DNA from: Squalus acanthias
Taxonomy: Eukaryota
NCBI GenBank assembly: GCA_030390025.1
Contig: CM059432.1
Location: 75,766,001-75,830,000, forward strand
Reading direction: 5' to 3'
DNA: 64,000 nt
Positions within the stretch are counted from its first letter, which is position 1. The number at the start of each line of letters is the position of its first letter. The translations under genes were made by a program, and so were the position numbers. This document shows, in pieces, positions 11,282-23,442 of this stretch. The notes beneath the pieces were generated by a model. That model was given only the letters and a program-made list of their open reading frames with translations, was not told the origin of the DNA and did not search any database.

Positions 11282-11899
11282 ATGGGAGCCATTTATTTCT
11301 TTCCCTCCTGGGTATCCGATGAGGACGAACAACAGCCGTGGCACCAGCAGAACCATGAACAACAGCAGCACCAACAGCAGCAGCAACAGCAGGAGCGCCA
11401 AGCTGCTGCTCACCCACCTGAAGCTGCACAGGACAGAAGGGGCCAGCGCATGTCAGGCCGTCGGCGCAGGAGATACCCCCCAAACAGGGTCTACAGACAG
11501 AGGGTCAGCTACCTCAACATGTCTGAGCAGCAGTGCCAAAGGCGGCTCCGACTTTCGCGAGAGGTAGTGGGTGACATCTGCGCAATGCTGCAACAAGACC
11601 TGGAGCCCAGAGGACCAGGTGGACGCCCCTTACCAGTGGCCGTCAAAGTCACCACCGCACTCAACTTTTTTGCCTCAGGCTCATTCCAGGAATCAGCAGC
11701 AGACATCAGCGGCATCTCCCAGATGCCGGAGGACCAAGTGGCTCCTCACATAGCCTCCTCAGATGAGGAGGAGGAGGAGGAGGAGGAGGAGAGAGAGAAC
11801 GAACAACTTGCAGAGGCCCCTCAACCAGCGGCAGCATTACGCGAGACCATAGCTGCCCGGAATGCAAGGAATGCACTCATCTTGGCCAGATTTGCTTAG
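11282..11899 (+). CDS. H2 transposase-derived ORF (205 aa): N-terminal/HTH region fused in frame to the acidic C-tail, DDE core absent
   Basis: [10 protein letters not shown]...[28 protein letters not shown] joins directly to MPEDQ...EEEE...[11 protein letters not shown]; no DCTH, GDKGY or IEQ motifs; expression unknown. Confidence 0.6.
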   Translation: MGAIYFFPSWVSDEDEQQPWHQQNHEQQQHQQQQQQQERQAAAHPPEAAQDRRGQRMSGRRRRRYPPNRVYRQRVSYLNMSEQQCQRRLRLSREVVGDICAMLQQDLEPRGPGGRPLPVAVKVTTALNFFASGSFQESAADISGISQMPEDQVAPHIASSDEEEEEEEEERENEQLAEAPQPAAALRETIAARNARNALILARFA

Positions 11900-12156
11900 C
11901 CTAGACAAGAAAGCACTTTTGCCTCACAGCTTCTTACCAGAGCTACGACAATGGCCCAGACCCAGCGGATCCCTAACAATGTGACCACCATACTGACAAT
12001 TGCAAGTTATCCTAAGGCCTCATTGTGGAAGTCCCATTAACGAAATGACAGACGCCACAACTGCAGCTGTAGCCATCAGAGTTTTTATTTAAACTTTACA
12101 CCTGATGGCTTTTTCACAATACACATCAAAATTCACCCAAGTGACTACCCTTTTGA

Positions 12157-14121
12157 CTATTTGTGCAGTTTCTTTCTCTTACGCATGCTCCTACGTGGTG
12201 CTTCCCCTGTGGCTTCAGCAGAAGTGGAGGCCCCCTGCTCACTTTGTTGCTGCTCCTGTCTCGACTCCTTTGGCGGGCGTCCTCTGGGGTTGCGAACCTG
12301 CGAGGGCTTGGCAACAGTCTGCTGCTCCTACAGCTGGGCAGGGGTTGAGACGCTGATCTCACTTGGGTGCGGACTCTGGTGGGGCTCTGACCAAGGACCT
12401 GTCAGTGGCATGGAAGTGTGAGCGCTTGGAGAGGAGCCCCCACCTCCTTGTTGTGTGCCACCAACATCCCTCTCATGGGTCAGGTCCACCTCAGCGCTTG
12501 CAAGTGGCTTGAGAGCATCTTGCTGCACATCAGGGGGGACATGGGGACCCGTATCTGCACTGGATGTCCTACTCAGAAGGACTTCCACGAAGGTCTGGTT
12601 TCTCTGTTCAATAGATGACCATCGCTCCTCCAGAGATGTCATTCTATTCTGAACAATGACCATGTTTTCTGCACTCTGGCGACTTATCTCCTCCATAGCC
12701 GTAGCCATCCTCTCATCTACTGTAGCCATCCTTTCCACGGAGGTTGCCATCCTTTCCGTGGTGATGCGTTCATGCGCAATGACTGCACAAAGGCTCTGCT
12801 GATGTTCGCTATGGACTCCTCCATTCGCTCCACACTCGCAGCGACCCTGGAGACAAAACCTGTCAAAGACTCCTGCATCTGTTCCTGGAGTCCCAGCACC
12901 GCTGATCTTATGGATGGACCCAGAGGCAGAGGGTCGACATGCAGCTGAGCCGAGCTAGGAGAGTCCTGCGCCCTCCGACTAGGACTCTCTACTGCTGTCC
13001 CTGTCTCCACCATCTGCTGATGCTCACTTGTGAGCTGTGATACACCAGGTGACAACACTACACTATGTCCCAAGGGTCCCACCGAGGTGTGAGTGTCTGC
13101 GCTGGTGCTGGGTGCGCTGAGTTCTGCTGACGCTGCGCCCTCAGAGGTTGCAGCTTCCTCTGAGGAGTCTGTCTGCTCAGGCTCTTCCTCCTGGCTAGTG
13201 GGGACGGGTGCTTGCGATGGTCCTGTGGGGGAGTAAAGGAAAGAGTCAGAGATGTGATGCCAAGGTTACATGCACATTGCATATTGCAGATGATCATAAA
13301 TCCATCTGTTAGAGCTTCAGATTCATTATCAGCGACTCATGCAATGTCAATGAGAGAGATGGAACACTATCCAGTCACCAGCTTGCTCTGATGCACCCGT
13401 CTGTCCGTCCCCCACTTGCGTTTCCTCCTCTACGCCCACGATCTTTAGGACCGCATCCTCCCAGGGGGTGAGCTGGGCTAATGAGGGTGGCCCTCCTCCT
13501 GTCCTGGCTCTTTCCCTTTTATTGTGAGCTCTCTTTTCCTGCAATGAGGGAGACAAGTGGAGTTTGAGTGTGATTGAAGGAGTGAGTGTAGAGAATCCAT
13601 AGCATAGATGCTTAGAAGGAGACAAAGATGGATTGAGGTGGCGAGACTAAGGGCCCTCCCTGTGTGTTGTAAGTTGTTTTCAAAGCATGACAGTGATAGG
13701 GAGTGTGAGGGCTGCATAGTCAAATAGTAAGGTGAATGTGACCATAGAGGGAGAGGGAATGGGTAAGGGTGCATGGATGTCAGTGTCAAGTGGGATATGG
13801 AGGAAGAGGTTGCTTAAGCTGAGTGCTGGTGAGGAGAGGCAATGGGGATCAGATTGAGGGTGAAGGGAAAGTCATACTCACTTTAGCAGTATGTAGAAGG
13901 TCATGAAACCTCTTCCTGTACTGGATCCAGGTTCTGCATGTTAATGATAAGGAGGTGACCTCCTGGGCGATCTGGACCCACACAGCCTTTGTCTGCTGGG
14001 GAGGCTTCTTCCTCCCTGAGGAGGGGAAGAGCACCTCCCTGTTTGCTCTTGCTCCATCCACCAAACCCTGAAGGGCAACGTCATGGAACCTGGGAGCAGC
14101 CCTGGGCTGTTGGCTGGCCAT
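12157..14121 (-). pseudogene. H2 Myb/SANT-like gene, 3 exons (14121-13882, 13538-13379, 13222 to about 12157); one frameshift near 12765 and one premature stop at 12328
   Basis: MASQQPRAAPRFHDVALQGLV...WVQIAQEV...YRKRFHDLLHTAK then GTGAGT; TGCAG then EKRAHNKRERARTGGG; CACAG acceptor; same intron phases as H1. Confidence 0.85.
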
Positions 14122-14689
14122 TCCTGCTGCAGGTGACTTTAGATTAGAGGTCCAAAAGCTTGGCAGCCTGCAGAGGAAGCAAGGCTTGTTGCAGACCTTA
14201 AATGCAGCAGCAATGATGACATCATCGGAGGTGACTTTCAGACTGGAATAACTCATTGGCCATGGGTTCCCACACGTTGGAACTCAATTGGCCAATTAAG
14301 TTAAAATCGCATCATTCATCCACATTAATCTGGAGTCGGTGGGGCAACACGAAATGCGGGTAACACGACCCCAACCCGACCCCAAGACAAAATCCAGCCC
14401 CACGTTATTTTAACTGGGCGGGTCACAGCTTGGGTCAGAAACTGACTGACCAGAACTGCTACAAGAATTTAAAGGGGAACTTAGCTGAAACTGAAACTTA
14501 GCATTAAAGAACAGCGAAACCATTCGGCCAACCTCTATATCAGTGATATTCTGACAGCTGCAACGAAGAGACAATACACCAAATTTCCAAATGTGAAATA
14601 AATGATGAATTTATTTACAAACAGAAATGTGAACTGCAATCCTTTGACACCCAAGTGCTCAACCCATAGTACTCTTCTAACAGACGGTT

Positions 14690-16940
14690 TCCTCACTCTA
14701 CAATCCCTACAAGAGGCTCCCCAGTGACTTCGGAAGGGCTGGTGGAAGGCTGCTGTTGCTCATGTGGGGACCCTTGAGATGACCGTGGCCGGTGATTCCT
14801 GGGTGCTCGAGCCTGAGAGGGCACGACTACATAGTGCTGCACTTCGGCTTCTGCCGGGGCCGTCTGGCTCAACTGGCTTTCTGGAACCGTACTGGGTTTT
14901 GGCTGAGGGGGCAGCAAAGGTGCATACGTGCTTACGTCCTGAGAGAGGGCAGCACATGCCGCCCCTGCTGCACCACTGCCACTCCCAGGAGGCTGGGGCT
15001 TATCACTTCCACTGATCTGCAGGATGGCAGACTGCGGAAGGTGAGTGACTGCTTGATGCCCCTATCCACTTGCTCCACCAACTTCTTCAAGGTGGACGTC
15101 TGTCTATCCAAGGCATAGGCTTGAGCCCAGAGTCTGCGCGACAGCCGCTTAAGCTTTCACCAAAGCTACAAAGCCTGTGAACATGGACTCCATTTGTGAG
15201 GGAACATAGGAACAGGAGTAGGCCATTTAGCTCTCGAGCCTGATCTGCCATTCAGTGAGATCATGGCTGATCTGTGACCTAACTCCATATACCCGCCTTT
15301 GGTCCATATCCCTTAATACCTTTGATTAACAAAAATCTATTAATCTCAGGTTTAAAATTAACAATTGACCCAGCATCAACAGCCGTTTGCGGAAGAGAGC
15401 TCCAAATTTCTACCACCCTTTGCTTGTAGAAGTATTTCCTAACTTCACTCCTGAAAGACCTAGCTCTAACTTTTAGGCTATGACCCCGGCTACAGCGTCC
15501 CGGGAGGTGGCCACTTTCTCCAAGGTAGATTGCAGAGTGCTGATGTCATGTGAGAGGACACCACTCAGGCTGCAAGTGGACTCCTCCATACTTTCAGCTA
15601 GGATGGTGAAATTCCTTGGCAGGACTTCTATTACCTTGTACAGCTGCTTGTGTGAAGTCAGCAGTTTTCTTCTCATTGCTTGGGCCCTGAAGTAATCATC
15701 TCTGTCCTGCTCAGCAGAGTTGAGACAGGACCTCGCCCTCCAACGAGCTGTTTCCTGGGCTGTCCCTGCCACCCTTGCCTGCTCTTGCGCACTAGTGCTA
15801 GGTGAATCAATACATGCAGACCCCTCTACCTCGCTCTCACAGAATCATAGAATGGTTACAGCACGGAAGAAGGCCATTCAGCCCGTCGAGCCCGTGCCGG
15901 CTCTCTAAGCCAGCCGTGTTGCCAATATCTGCCCTGGTGCTTGGGAGTGATGGCGCGTTTAACGGTGCCTCCTCATAAGGACTATCCTCCTCTGAGATGT
16001 CTTCTTCAGGGGCTGTGGCTGTTGAGAAGGATCTAGAGGAAAGAAAAAGGGAAGAGGGTTGGGATGGCATTGGGATACTGCACAGTTGCAGAAGACATGC
16101 ATCACAATGTGACTTGATGTAATCAAGTTGGCTGAATGTGCGTTTTTCCAGTGCTTAATAAAGGGGTACACGCCATTGTCAGAGACCCTGTTCAGTGAAG
16201 CCCCCAGCCCCGAAATGGCCGATGCGCACAGCTCTGGCAGGCCCACAAATTTCCATGGCCTGCTGGTCCAGCTTGGTCAGGATCATGAGATTAGCTGGTG
16301 CTCCCCTGATCTTGCTCCTCTCGCCATTACTCTGCCCGTTTTGTCCTGCGAGGAATAGCAGGCAAGAGTTAGTGAGCGGCTACTGAAAAGCAGCGTGCAG
16401 ATGGGTGGGGTTTGTGCTGGTAGTGCATATGCTGAGAGGGTGAAGAAGCAACATGCAAGCAGGATGAAGAGGTGTTGAATGGGAAGCAAGTGTCTGGAGT
16501 GTGAAGCGAGGAAGGAGTCCTTTGATTGTGCAAAGGCTAGCAAGTGAGGGGAAAATGTTGCTAGTGGCTGGTGTGAAGGGAGAAAGAAGAGGTGTGTGGC
16601 CTTGTGCTGGGTGGTGAAGAAAGTGATAGAGGGGAGATAATTGTTGAGAGTGCTAGGGGAGGCAGTGAAGTACTGCTGCCTGTGTTGTAAAGAGAGAGAG
16701 AGATAAATGAAGAGCAGTACTCATCCCTGCTACTCTAGTGAGGTCATTGAAGCATTTGCAGGTCCTGGGGTGACACTCCTGTAGCTGCCAACCTCTGCAG
16801 TCGCTCTCCATGTCTGGCAGACAACGTGTTTGGCAAGCCCTGCCACTGCTGGAGAACAGGAGTTCCTCCTCACTCTCACCTCTTCCACAAGCACATCCAG
16901 GGAGGCTTCTAAGAACCTTGGTGCTTGCCTCATACTCATT
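14690..16940 (-). pseudogene. H3 Myb/SANT-like gene remnant, heavily decayed, with CR1 tail insertions
   Basis: MSMRQAPRFLEASLDVLVEEVRVRR...CKCFNDLTRVA; downstream RRKLLTSHKQL...SMEEST and a low-complexity C-terminus like H1 and H2. Confidence 0.7.
15200..15482 (-). mobile_element. CR1 3' fragment
   Basis: CR1 3' hairpin/tail and the reverse complement of the FRSEVRKYF-type C-terminus. Confidence 0.8.
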
Positions 16941-17147
16941 TCCCAGAAGATTTTCTTCCACCACCTTGCAAATGAAAGAAGCTGCAAAAGAATTAAACCT
17001 CACTTTAAGAGCTGCATTCCTGCTTTAAATAGGCCTTTGGCTGACCCGCCATAAATTACGCCCCAGAACTGGGTGGGTTTCCTTTGAGGGCAGCCAATTC
17101 AATTGGAAACCTGCCATTGACATATTAATGAGGCCCGGGAGGTAAAA

Positions 17148-18945
17148 TAGAAACATAGAATCATAGAATGGTTACAGCACAGAAGGAGGCCATTCAGCCT
17201 GTTGAGCCCGTGCCAGCTCTCTGCAAGAGCACTTCAGCTAGTCCCACTCCCCCGCCCTTTCCCTGTAGCCTTGAAAAAAAAATTCCTTCAGGTACTTATC
17301 CAATTCCCTTTTGAAAGGCACAACTGAATCTGCCTCCACCACCCTTTCAGGCAGTGCATTCCAGATCCTAACCACTCACTGCGTAAAAAAGTTTTTCCTC
17401 ATGTCGCCTTTGGTTCTTCTGCCAATCACCTTAAATCTGTATCCTCTGGTTCTCGACCCTTCTGCCAATGGGAACAGTTTCTCTCTATCTATTCTGTCTA
17501 GACCCCCTCATGATTTTGAACACCTCTATCAAATCTCCTCTCAATCTTCTCTGCTCTAAGGAGAACAACCCCAGCTCCTCCAGTCTATCCACGTAACTGA
17601 AATCCCTCATCCCTGGAACCATTCTTGTAAACCTTTTCTGCATCCTCTCTAAGGCCTTCACATCCTTCCTAAAGTGTGGTGCCCAGAATACTCCTGTGGA
17701 GGCCGAACCTATGGCTCTATTTAAGAAGCCCAGGATCCTGTATGCTTTTTTAACTGCTTTCTCAACCTGCCCTGCCACCTTCAACAATTTGTACACATAT
17801 ACCACCAGGTTTCCCTGTTCATGCACCCCCTTTAGAATTGTACCCTTTAGTTTATATTGCCTCTCCTCGTTCTTCCTACCAAAATGTATCACTTCACACT
17901 TTTCTGCATTAAATTTCATCTGCCACGTGTCCGCCCATTCCACCAGCCTGTCCACGTCCTCCTGAAGTCTATCACTGTCCTCCTCACTGTTCACTATATT
18001 TCCAAGTTTTGTTTCATCTGCAAATTTTGAAATTGTGCCCTGTACACCCAAGTCTAAGTCATTAATATATATCAAGAAAAGCAGTGGTCCTAACACCGAC
18101 CCTTGGTGAACACCACTGTATACCTTCCTCCAGTCCGAAAAACAACCGTTCACCACTACTCTCTGTTTCCTGTCACTTAGCCAATTTCGTATCCATGCTG
18201 CCACTGTCCCTTTTATTCCATGGGCTTCAACTTTGCTGGCAAGCCTATTATGTGGCACTTTATCAAATACCTTTTGGAAGTCCATGTACACCACGTCAAC
18301 CGCACTGCCCTCATCAACCCTCTCTGTTACCTCATCAAAAAACTCAATCAAGTTAGTTAAACACGATTTGCCTTTAAAAAATCTATGCTGGCTTTCCTTA
18401 ATTAATCCACACTTGTCCAAGTGACTGTTAATTTTGTCCCAGATTATCATTTCTAAAAGCTTCCCCACTATCGAGGTTAAACTGACTGACCTGTAGTTGC
18501 TTTATTTATCCTTCCACCCTCTTTTTTGAAGGGTGTAACATTTTCAATTCTCCAGTCCTCTGGCACCAGCCCCGCATCCAAGGAGGATTGGAAGATTATG
18601 GCCAGTACCTCCCCAATTTCTACCTTTACTTCTCTCAGCATCCTAGGATGTATCCCATCGGTCCTGGTGACTTTTCTACTTGATAAGTACAGCCAGCCTT
18701 TCTAGTACCTCCTCCTTATCAATTTTTATTCCATCCAGTATCTCAACTATCTCCTCTTTCACTATGACTTTGGCAGCATCTTCTTGCTTGGTAAAGACAG
18801 ATGCAAAATACTCACTTAGTATCTCAGCATGCCCTCTGCCTCTATGCGTAGGTCTCCATTTTGGTCCCTAATCGGCCCCACCCCACCTCTTACTACCCTT
18901 TTACTATTTATATGCCTAGAGAAGACTTTTGGATTCTCTTTTATA
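17148..18945 (-). mobile_element. 5'-truncated CR1 LINE
   Basis: ORF 17485-18468 has RT motifs (KGKSCLTNL, DFQKVFD, QGSVLGP, FADE); (TTCTATGA)n tail; same subfamily as 37462-40075. Confidence 0.92.
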
Positions 18946-20589
18946 TACCCCGAGCCTGTTCTCAACAGCGGCAGGTGAGTATTAAACTCACCTCGCTACT
19001 GACCCGTCCAAAACCTACCCAGAGTTAAAATCGGGGCCTATGACTTTAAAATGGGGAATGAATGTCTCTGTGCCTTGAGCCAATTATTCCTGGCCCTAAA
19101 ACTGCACTTCAGCTACAGGCTACACTTGATCTTGACTGTGTGTAAAGTCATGGGATATCGACCAGTGACCGTTAACTTGGTTTTGATGGTGTTGGTTAAA
19201 GAGAGGAATGTTGGCACTTTTAGCATCTTAAAGCCCAGGATCATGTTGCCCTTCAATCTTCTTTTCCCCAATGAAAATAACTCTGTTTTTCTCCCCTCAT
19301 AAATTAGACTTCTAAGTCCTTAACAGAAAGGTTTGAGTCATCTTCCTTGCTTTTATCTGATCTCTCTCCAATGCATTAGGTAGTGTGCCCAAAACTAAAA
19401 AAAGATTCCAAATGTAGCCTCACCAGCAATCTGTGTAAGGTAAAAATAACTTATCAAATGCATTTGTGATATATCCCAGCACTTGACTAACTGTGTTAAT
19501 AATATAGTGACATCGACTGGATACTTTCAGTGAATCATCAGTATTCACAACCAAATCGTCTTCCTTCTCCACTTTCTCTAATGGACATTACTTCATTGTT
19601 ATACACCTGTTTGATTTTTTTCTCTGCCATTGCATATTATATTATCATTATCCATATTAATACACAGCTGCCATTCCTTAGCCTGAGGGTACCAAGCTTC
19701 ATGGGGCTTCTTGGTGTATATTTGGAGCCTTGAGGCCACATATAAAATGTAAATCCTCATGCTCATTAATTTGCATATATATTATATATATATAATTAGG
19801 ATTTGTCCATCAATGAGGCAACAGCACTAAGAACAATCCTTTTCAAACCTCCAGGTCCACACACAACGCAGCAAATATTAAAAAGATAAATGCAAATTGG
19901 ATTGTCTGAGTTTCAAGGCCTGGATTGAGGGGTTCAGGGCAGCAATGATCCGTGGTCTATGTTTGGACATAACCTGCCTTAACCAATCTGCTTAATTGGT
20001 CCAAATACAAAGCCAGTAGATCTTTAAACCAAAACAAGACTGATACAAGTCTTTGGAGTGAACAGTCCTTTGTCTTTGTATGATATTTCAAACCACAGTA
20101 AGAGGGTGATCACAGGCAATGAATAAGTGTGAATAGACAACTTCAAGCTCAATATTTACACACACAAATCTGGTTCTCTAGCTTTAATTTGCCTAAATCT
20201 TGCATACAAGCAGGCTTTACGGAACAAAATTAAATTATAATATTGCTTACTTTTGCACCTTATTATAGGTGCAAACCCTCACAATTTATACAGGGTTTTC
20301 ACCTCGCTGAGAATCTTTAGCAAACAGTGCTAATATTTTTGCTGTTTTTTCTCTGCTGTTCTGTCCTAGCTTCAAAAAGTAAACTAATTAATATAGCAGC
20401 ATAGTTTACAAATGCTCCTTTAGGTAAAAACCACCTTTATAGCTTACAGTAGGTTTTTACTTATGCTAAAGAACACTCATGCCATGCTTGCTAATGTACT
20501 GAATTAAATTAAATGGGAGCACCCGATGTGTCAGTATATGCACTGTGAGTGTAAAAATGAATCATACAAACTAAGAAGGTCTAAATGTC

Positions 20590-20930
20590 AATTTGTAATG
20601 AATTAGCTGATCTCAGCCAAGATAGCGACAGGAATGCTACAATTAGCTTCAGTGTCTCTAGGCTAGGAAGGACAAAAAGCAACCAGGGTTCCCTCTCCTG
20701 ATTGTTGCCTGGTAACGCCTGCCAGAAAGTGCTTGTGCTTGTGCTTGGATGGCAGCTGAGAACAGTTGTGATGCCCCCATGATAAAATAAGCTTGTGGCC
20801 ATTTGCTGTCCTAGCTAATACATGAAGAATGGCCACTTTTGTGAGTTAACAAGGAGAGGCCAGCATGGAACTGATAGCTCAGCATGAATTAGTGCCTTCA
20901 GGAGAGGAAGGGAGCAAACTGGAGGGGGTA
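20590..20930 (+). repeat. Old unclassified interspersed repeat, SINE-like
   Basis: Similar to the reverse complement of about 36730-37060 and to about 27860-27990 (GCTACAATT..CTAGG..GGGTTCC; ATGAAGAATG(G/A)CCAC). Confidence 0.5.
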
Positions 20931-21182
20931 AAGCCAAAAGAGTAGAATTGAGGCCAGGAATGCAAACTCTGTTCGAGGCAAGCTTCATGTGGTGTGTCCA
21001 TCACTTCATATGCAATGTTTTTTAAGTTATTATAGTTACATTTTCAAAACAAATATTTCTGAAATCAATCTTACATTTTTTATTCATACCTCAGACCAAA
21101 GAACCCCATCTTCAATCAGTTTTCATTTCTTATAAAATTCTATTCAACATTTAACTATTCATGTCACTAAGCGCAGACCTTT

Positions 21183-21906
21183 GGGGGAGAAATTGAGTTG
21201 CGCCCCCTTTGGGGCGCTAACTTCGCCCCCCAGAAAAATTAGCGTCCCCGCGGCCGAAATTGAGTGGTAGCGCCCCAAGAGGGAAGCAGGACACTACTGG
21301 AAGCGCCCGGCCTCCCTCTTGGGGCACTGCAAGGGAATATTGCGGCGCTACATGCCGCAGCGCATTGCAGGCCTTCCTCCCCTTCTTAAAGGGGAGGGGC
21401 CTTGCGCAGCGCGACCCAGGGACCAGCTGGGCCACCGTGGACCGGAGTGTCGGCAAAAGAGCCCGGCACTCAAGAGAAGTGCCGGGCTCATGGAGCGCAG
21501 CCGGCTCTCCGCGGTGGGGCGGGTCAGGAGGCCGGGGACGGCAACGGAGGCAGGTGCTGGCAGGCGGCCAGCAACAAAAATGGTCGCCCGGCACCTCACC
21601 TTTAAGCAGCGCTGCCCCGGCCGTAGGTAACACCCCTGACCCCGTCGGACATAGCGTCCGGCGGTAAGTCAGGGGACACTACTGAAGATCGCGGCCAGGG
21701 CACGAGCGGGGCGCTGCGCACGGCAATGATGTCATCGCCAGCGGTGCAGCACCGCAGGGCGCTAACAGTTACCGCCGCCGCTAACCTCCTGCTGAATTTC
21801 GTGGGAGGTGTTGGAGGCGCCGCGCCTGGGCGCTAGTTGCTTTGCGCCCCGTTAGCGCCCTCTTAGGGCGCTAACGGGAGGCGCAAAGCAACCGAATTTT
21901 TCCCCC
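21183..21906. mobile_element. GC/CpG-rich Harbinger MITE family C
   Basis: TIRs GGGGGAGAAATT / AATTTTTCCCCC, TTT TSD; one end matches the H1 left end; homologous to 32247-32997 and 41579-42350. Confidence 0.88.
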
Positions 21907-22385
21907 TTTGTCTATAATATTCTTTCACGTTACTGTCTCCAACATGCTTCTTTCATTTATATTTTAAGTAACAGCATTTTTGAGTCAGCAAAAATGATTA
22001 ACGGGGTACCTTCACTGCTTCCAATTTTTTGGTATAGTCATACTATCGGTAACACGACATTCAAACTTGCTATGTCATAAAAAATATGAAAGGAAGAACT
22101 TGCATTTATATAGCACCTTTCACAACCCCAGGACATCCCAAAGCACTTCACACAAAGTACTTTTGAAGCAGAGTCACTGCTGTAATGTAGGGAAATACAG
22201 GAGTGACCAGTGCTGCTGAACCCAAGAGGATAGTTGGTGCAGACCTGAAATTTGTAACATTGTGACAACTTATCTGAATTTTATATTAACTATGTGTGTG
22301 CACTTCTTGTCAACTTCATCTATTATAAATTTCTATGTCCACATTTATATTGAAAATGGCCTCTGTGAACTTGTCAAGCTGTAAT

Positions 22386-23442
22386 GATAAATGGGTCATT
22401 TTCTGGTTGGCAAACGGTAACTAGTGGGGTGCCACAGGGATCGGTGCTGAGGCCTCAACTATTTACAATCTACATTAATGACTTGGATGAAGGGACCGAG
22501 TGTAATGTAGCCAAGTTTGTGGATGATATAAAGATGGGTGGGAAAGCAAGTTGTGCAGAGGACTCAAAGAATCTGCAAAGGGATATAGACAGGCTAAGTG
22601 AGTGGGCAAACATTTGGCAGATGGAGTATAATGTGGGAAAGTGCGAGGTTATCCACTTTGGCAGGAAAAATAAAAAAGCAAATTTTTATTTAAATGGAGC
22701 GAGATTACAAAATGCTACCGTTCAGAGGGACCTGGGGGTCCTTGTGCATGAAATACAAAAAGTTAGCATGCAGGTGCAGCAAGTAATCAAAAAGGCAAAT
22801 GGAATGTTGGCCTTTATTGCAAGGGGGTTGGAGTATAAAAGCAGGGAAGTCCTGCTACAACTGTACAGGGTATTGGTGAGACCACACCTTGAGTACTGCG
22901 TACAGTTTTGGTCTCCTTATTTAAGGAAGGATATACTTGCATTGGAGGCAGTTCAGAGACGATTCACTAGGTTAATTCCAGAGATGAGGGGGTTGACTTA
23001 TGAAGAAAGGTTGAGCAGATTGGGCCTATACTCATTGGAATTTAGAAGAATGAGAGGTGATCTTATTGAAACATATAAGATACTGAGGGGGCTCGACAAG
23101 GTAGATGTAGAAAGGATGTTTCCCCTCGTGGGGAAATCTCGAACTCAGGGCATAGTTTCAGAATAAAGGGTCGCCCTTTTAGAACTGAGATGAGGAGGGA
23201 TTTCTTCTCTCAGAGGGTCGTAAATCTGTGGAATTCTCTGCCCCAGAGAGCCGTGGAGGCTGGGTCATTAACTACATTTAAGGTGGAGATAGACAGATTT
23301 TTGCAAGATAAGGGAATGAAGGGTTATGGGAAGCGGGCAGGGAAGTGGCTTTGAGCCCAAGATCAGCCATGATCTTATTGAATGGCGGAGCAGGCTCGAG
23401 CGGCCAAGTGGCCTATTCCTGCTCCTATTTCTTATGTTCTTA
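22386..23442 (+). mobile_element. 5'-truncated CR1 LINE
   Basis: ORF 22384-23166 (GVPQGSVL, FVDD, RPHLEYC) plus 3' hairpin and TTCTTATG tail. Confidence 0.92.

Larger units (their letters stand above)
10752..14400. mobile_element. PIF/Harbinger transposon (element H2) with internally deleted transposase and nearly intact Myb/SANT gene
   Basis: Perfect 12-bp TIR GGGCTGGATTTT / AAAATCCAGCCC, CAC TSD (10749-10751, 14401-14403). Confidence 0.92.
10540..19038. mobile_element. Old decayed Harbinger (element H3) hosting H2 and three CR1 pieces
   Basis: Degenerate TIRs GGCCCCAGTTAAC / GTTAAAATCGGGGCC with TAT on both flanks; internal Myb/SANT remnant on the minus strand. Confidence 0.65.

Noticed and set aside
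21183..21906. Overlapping 60-160 aa ORFs or a CpG-island promoter in GC-rich segments (also at 32.2, 35.4 and 41.6 kb)
   Set aside because: All lie inside TIR/TSD-bounded MITE copies; high GC suppresses stop codons and no protein motifs are present.
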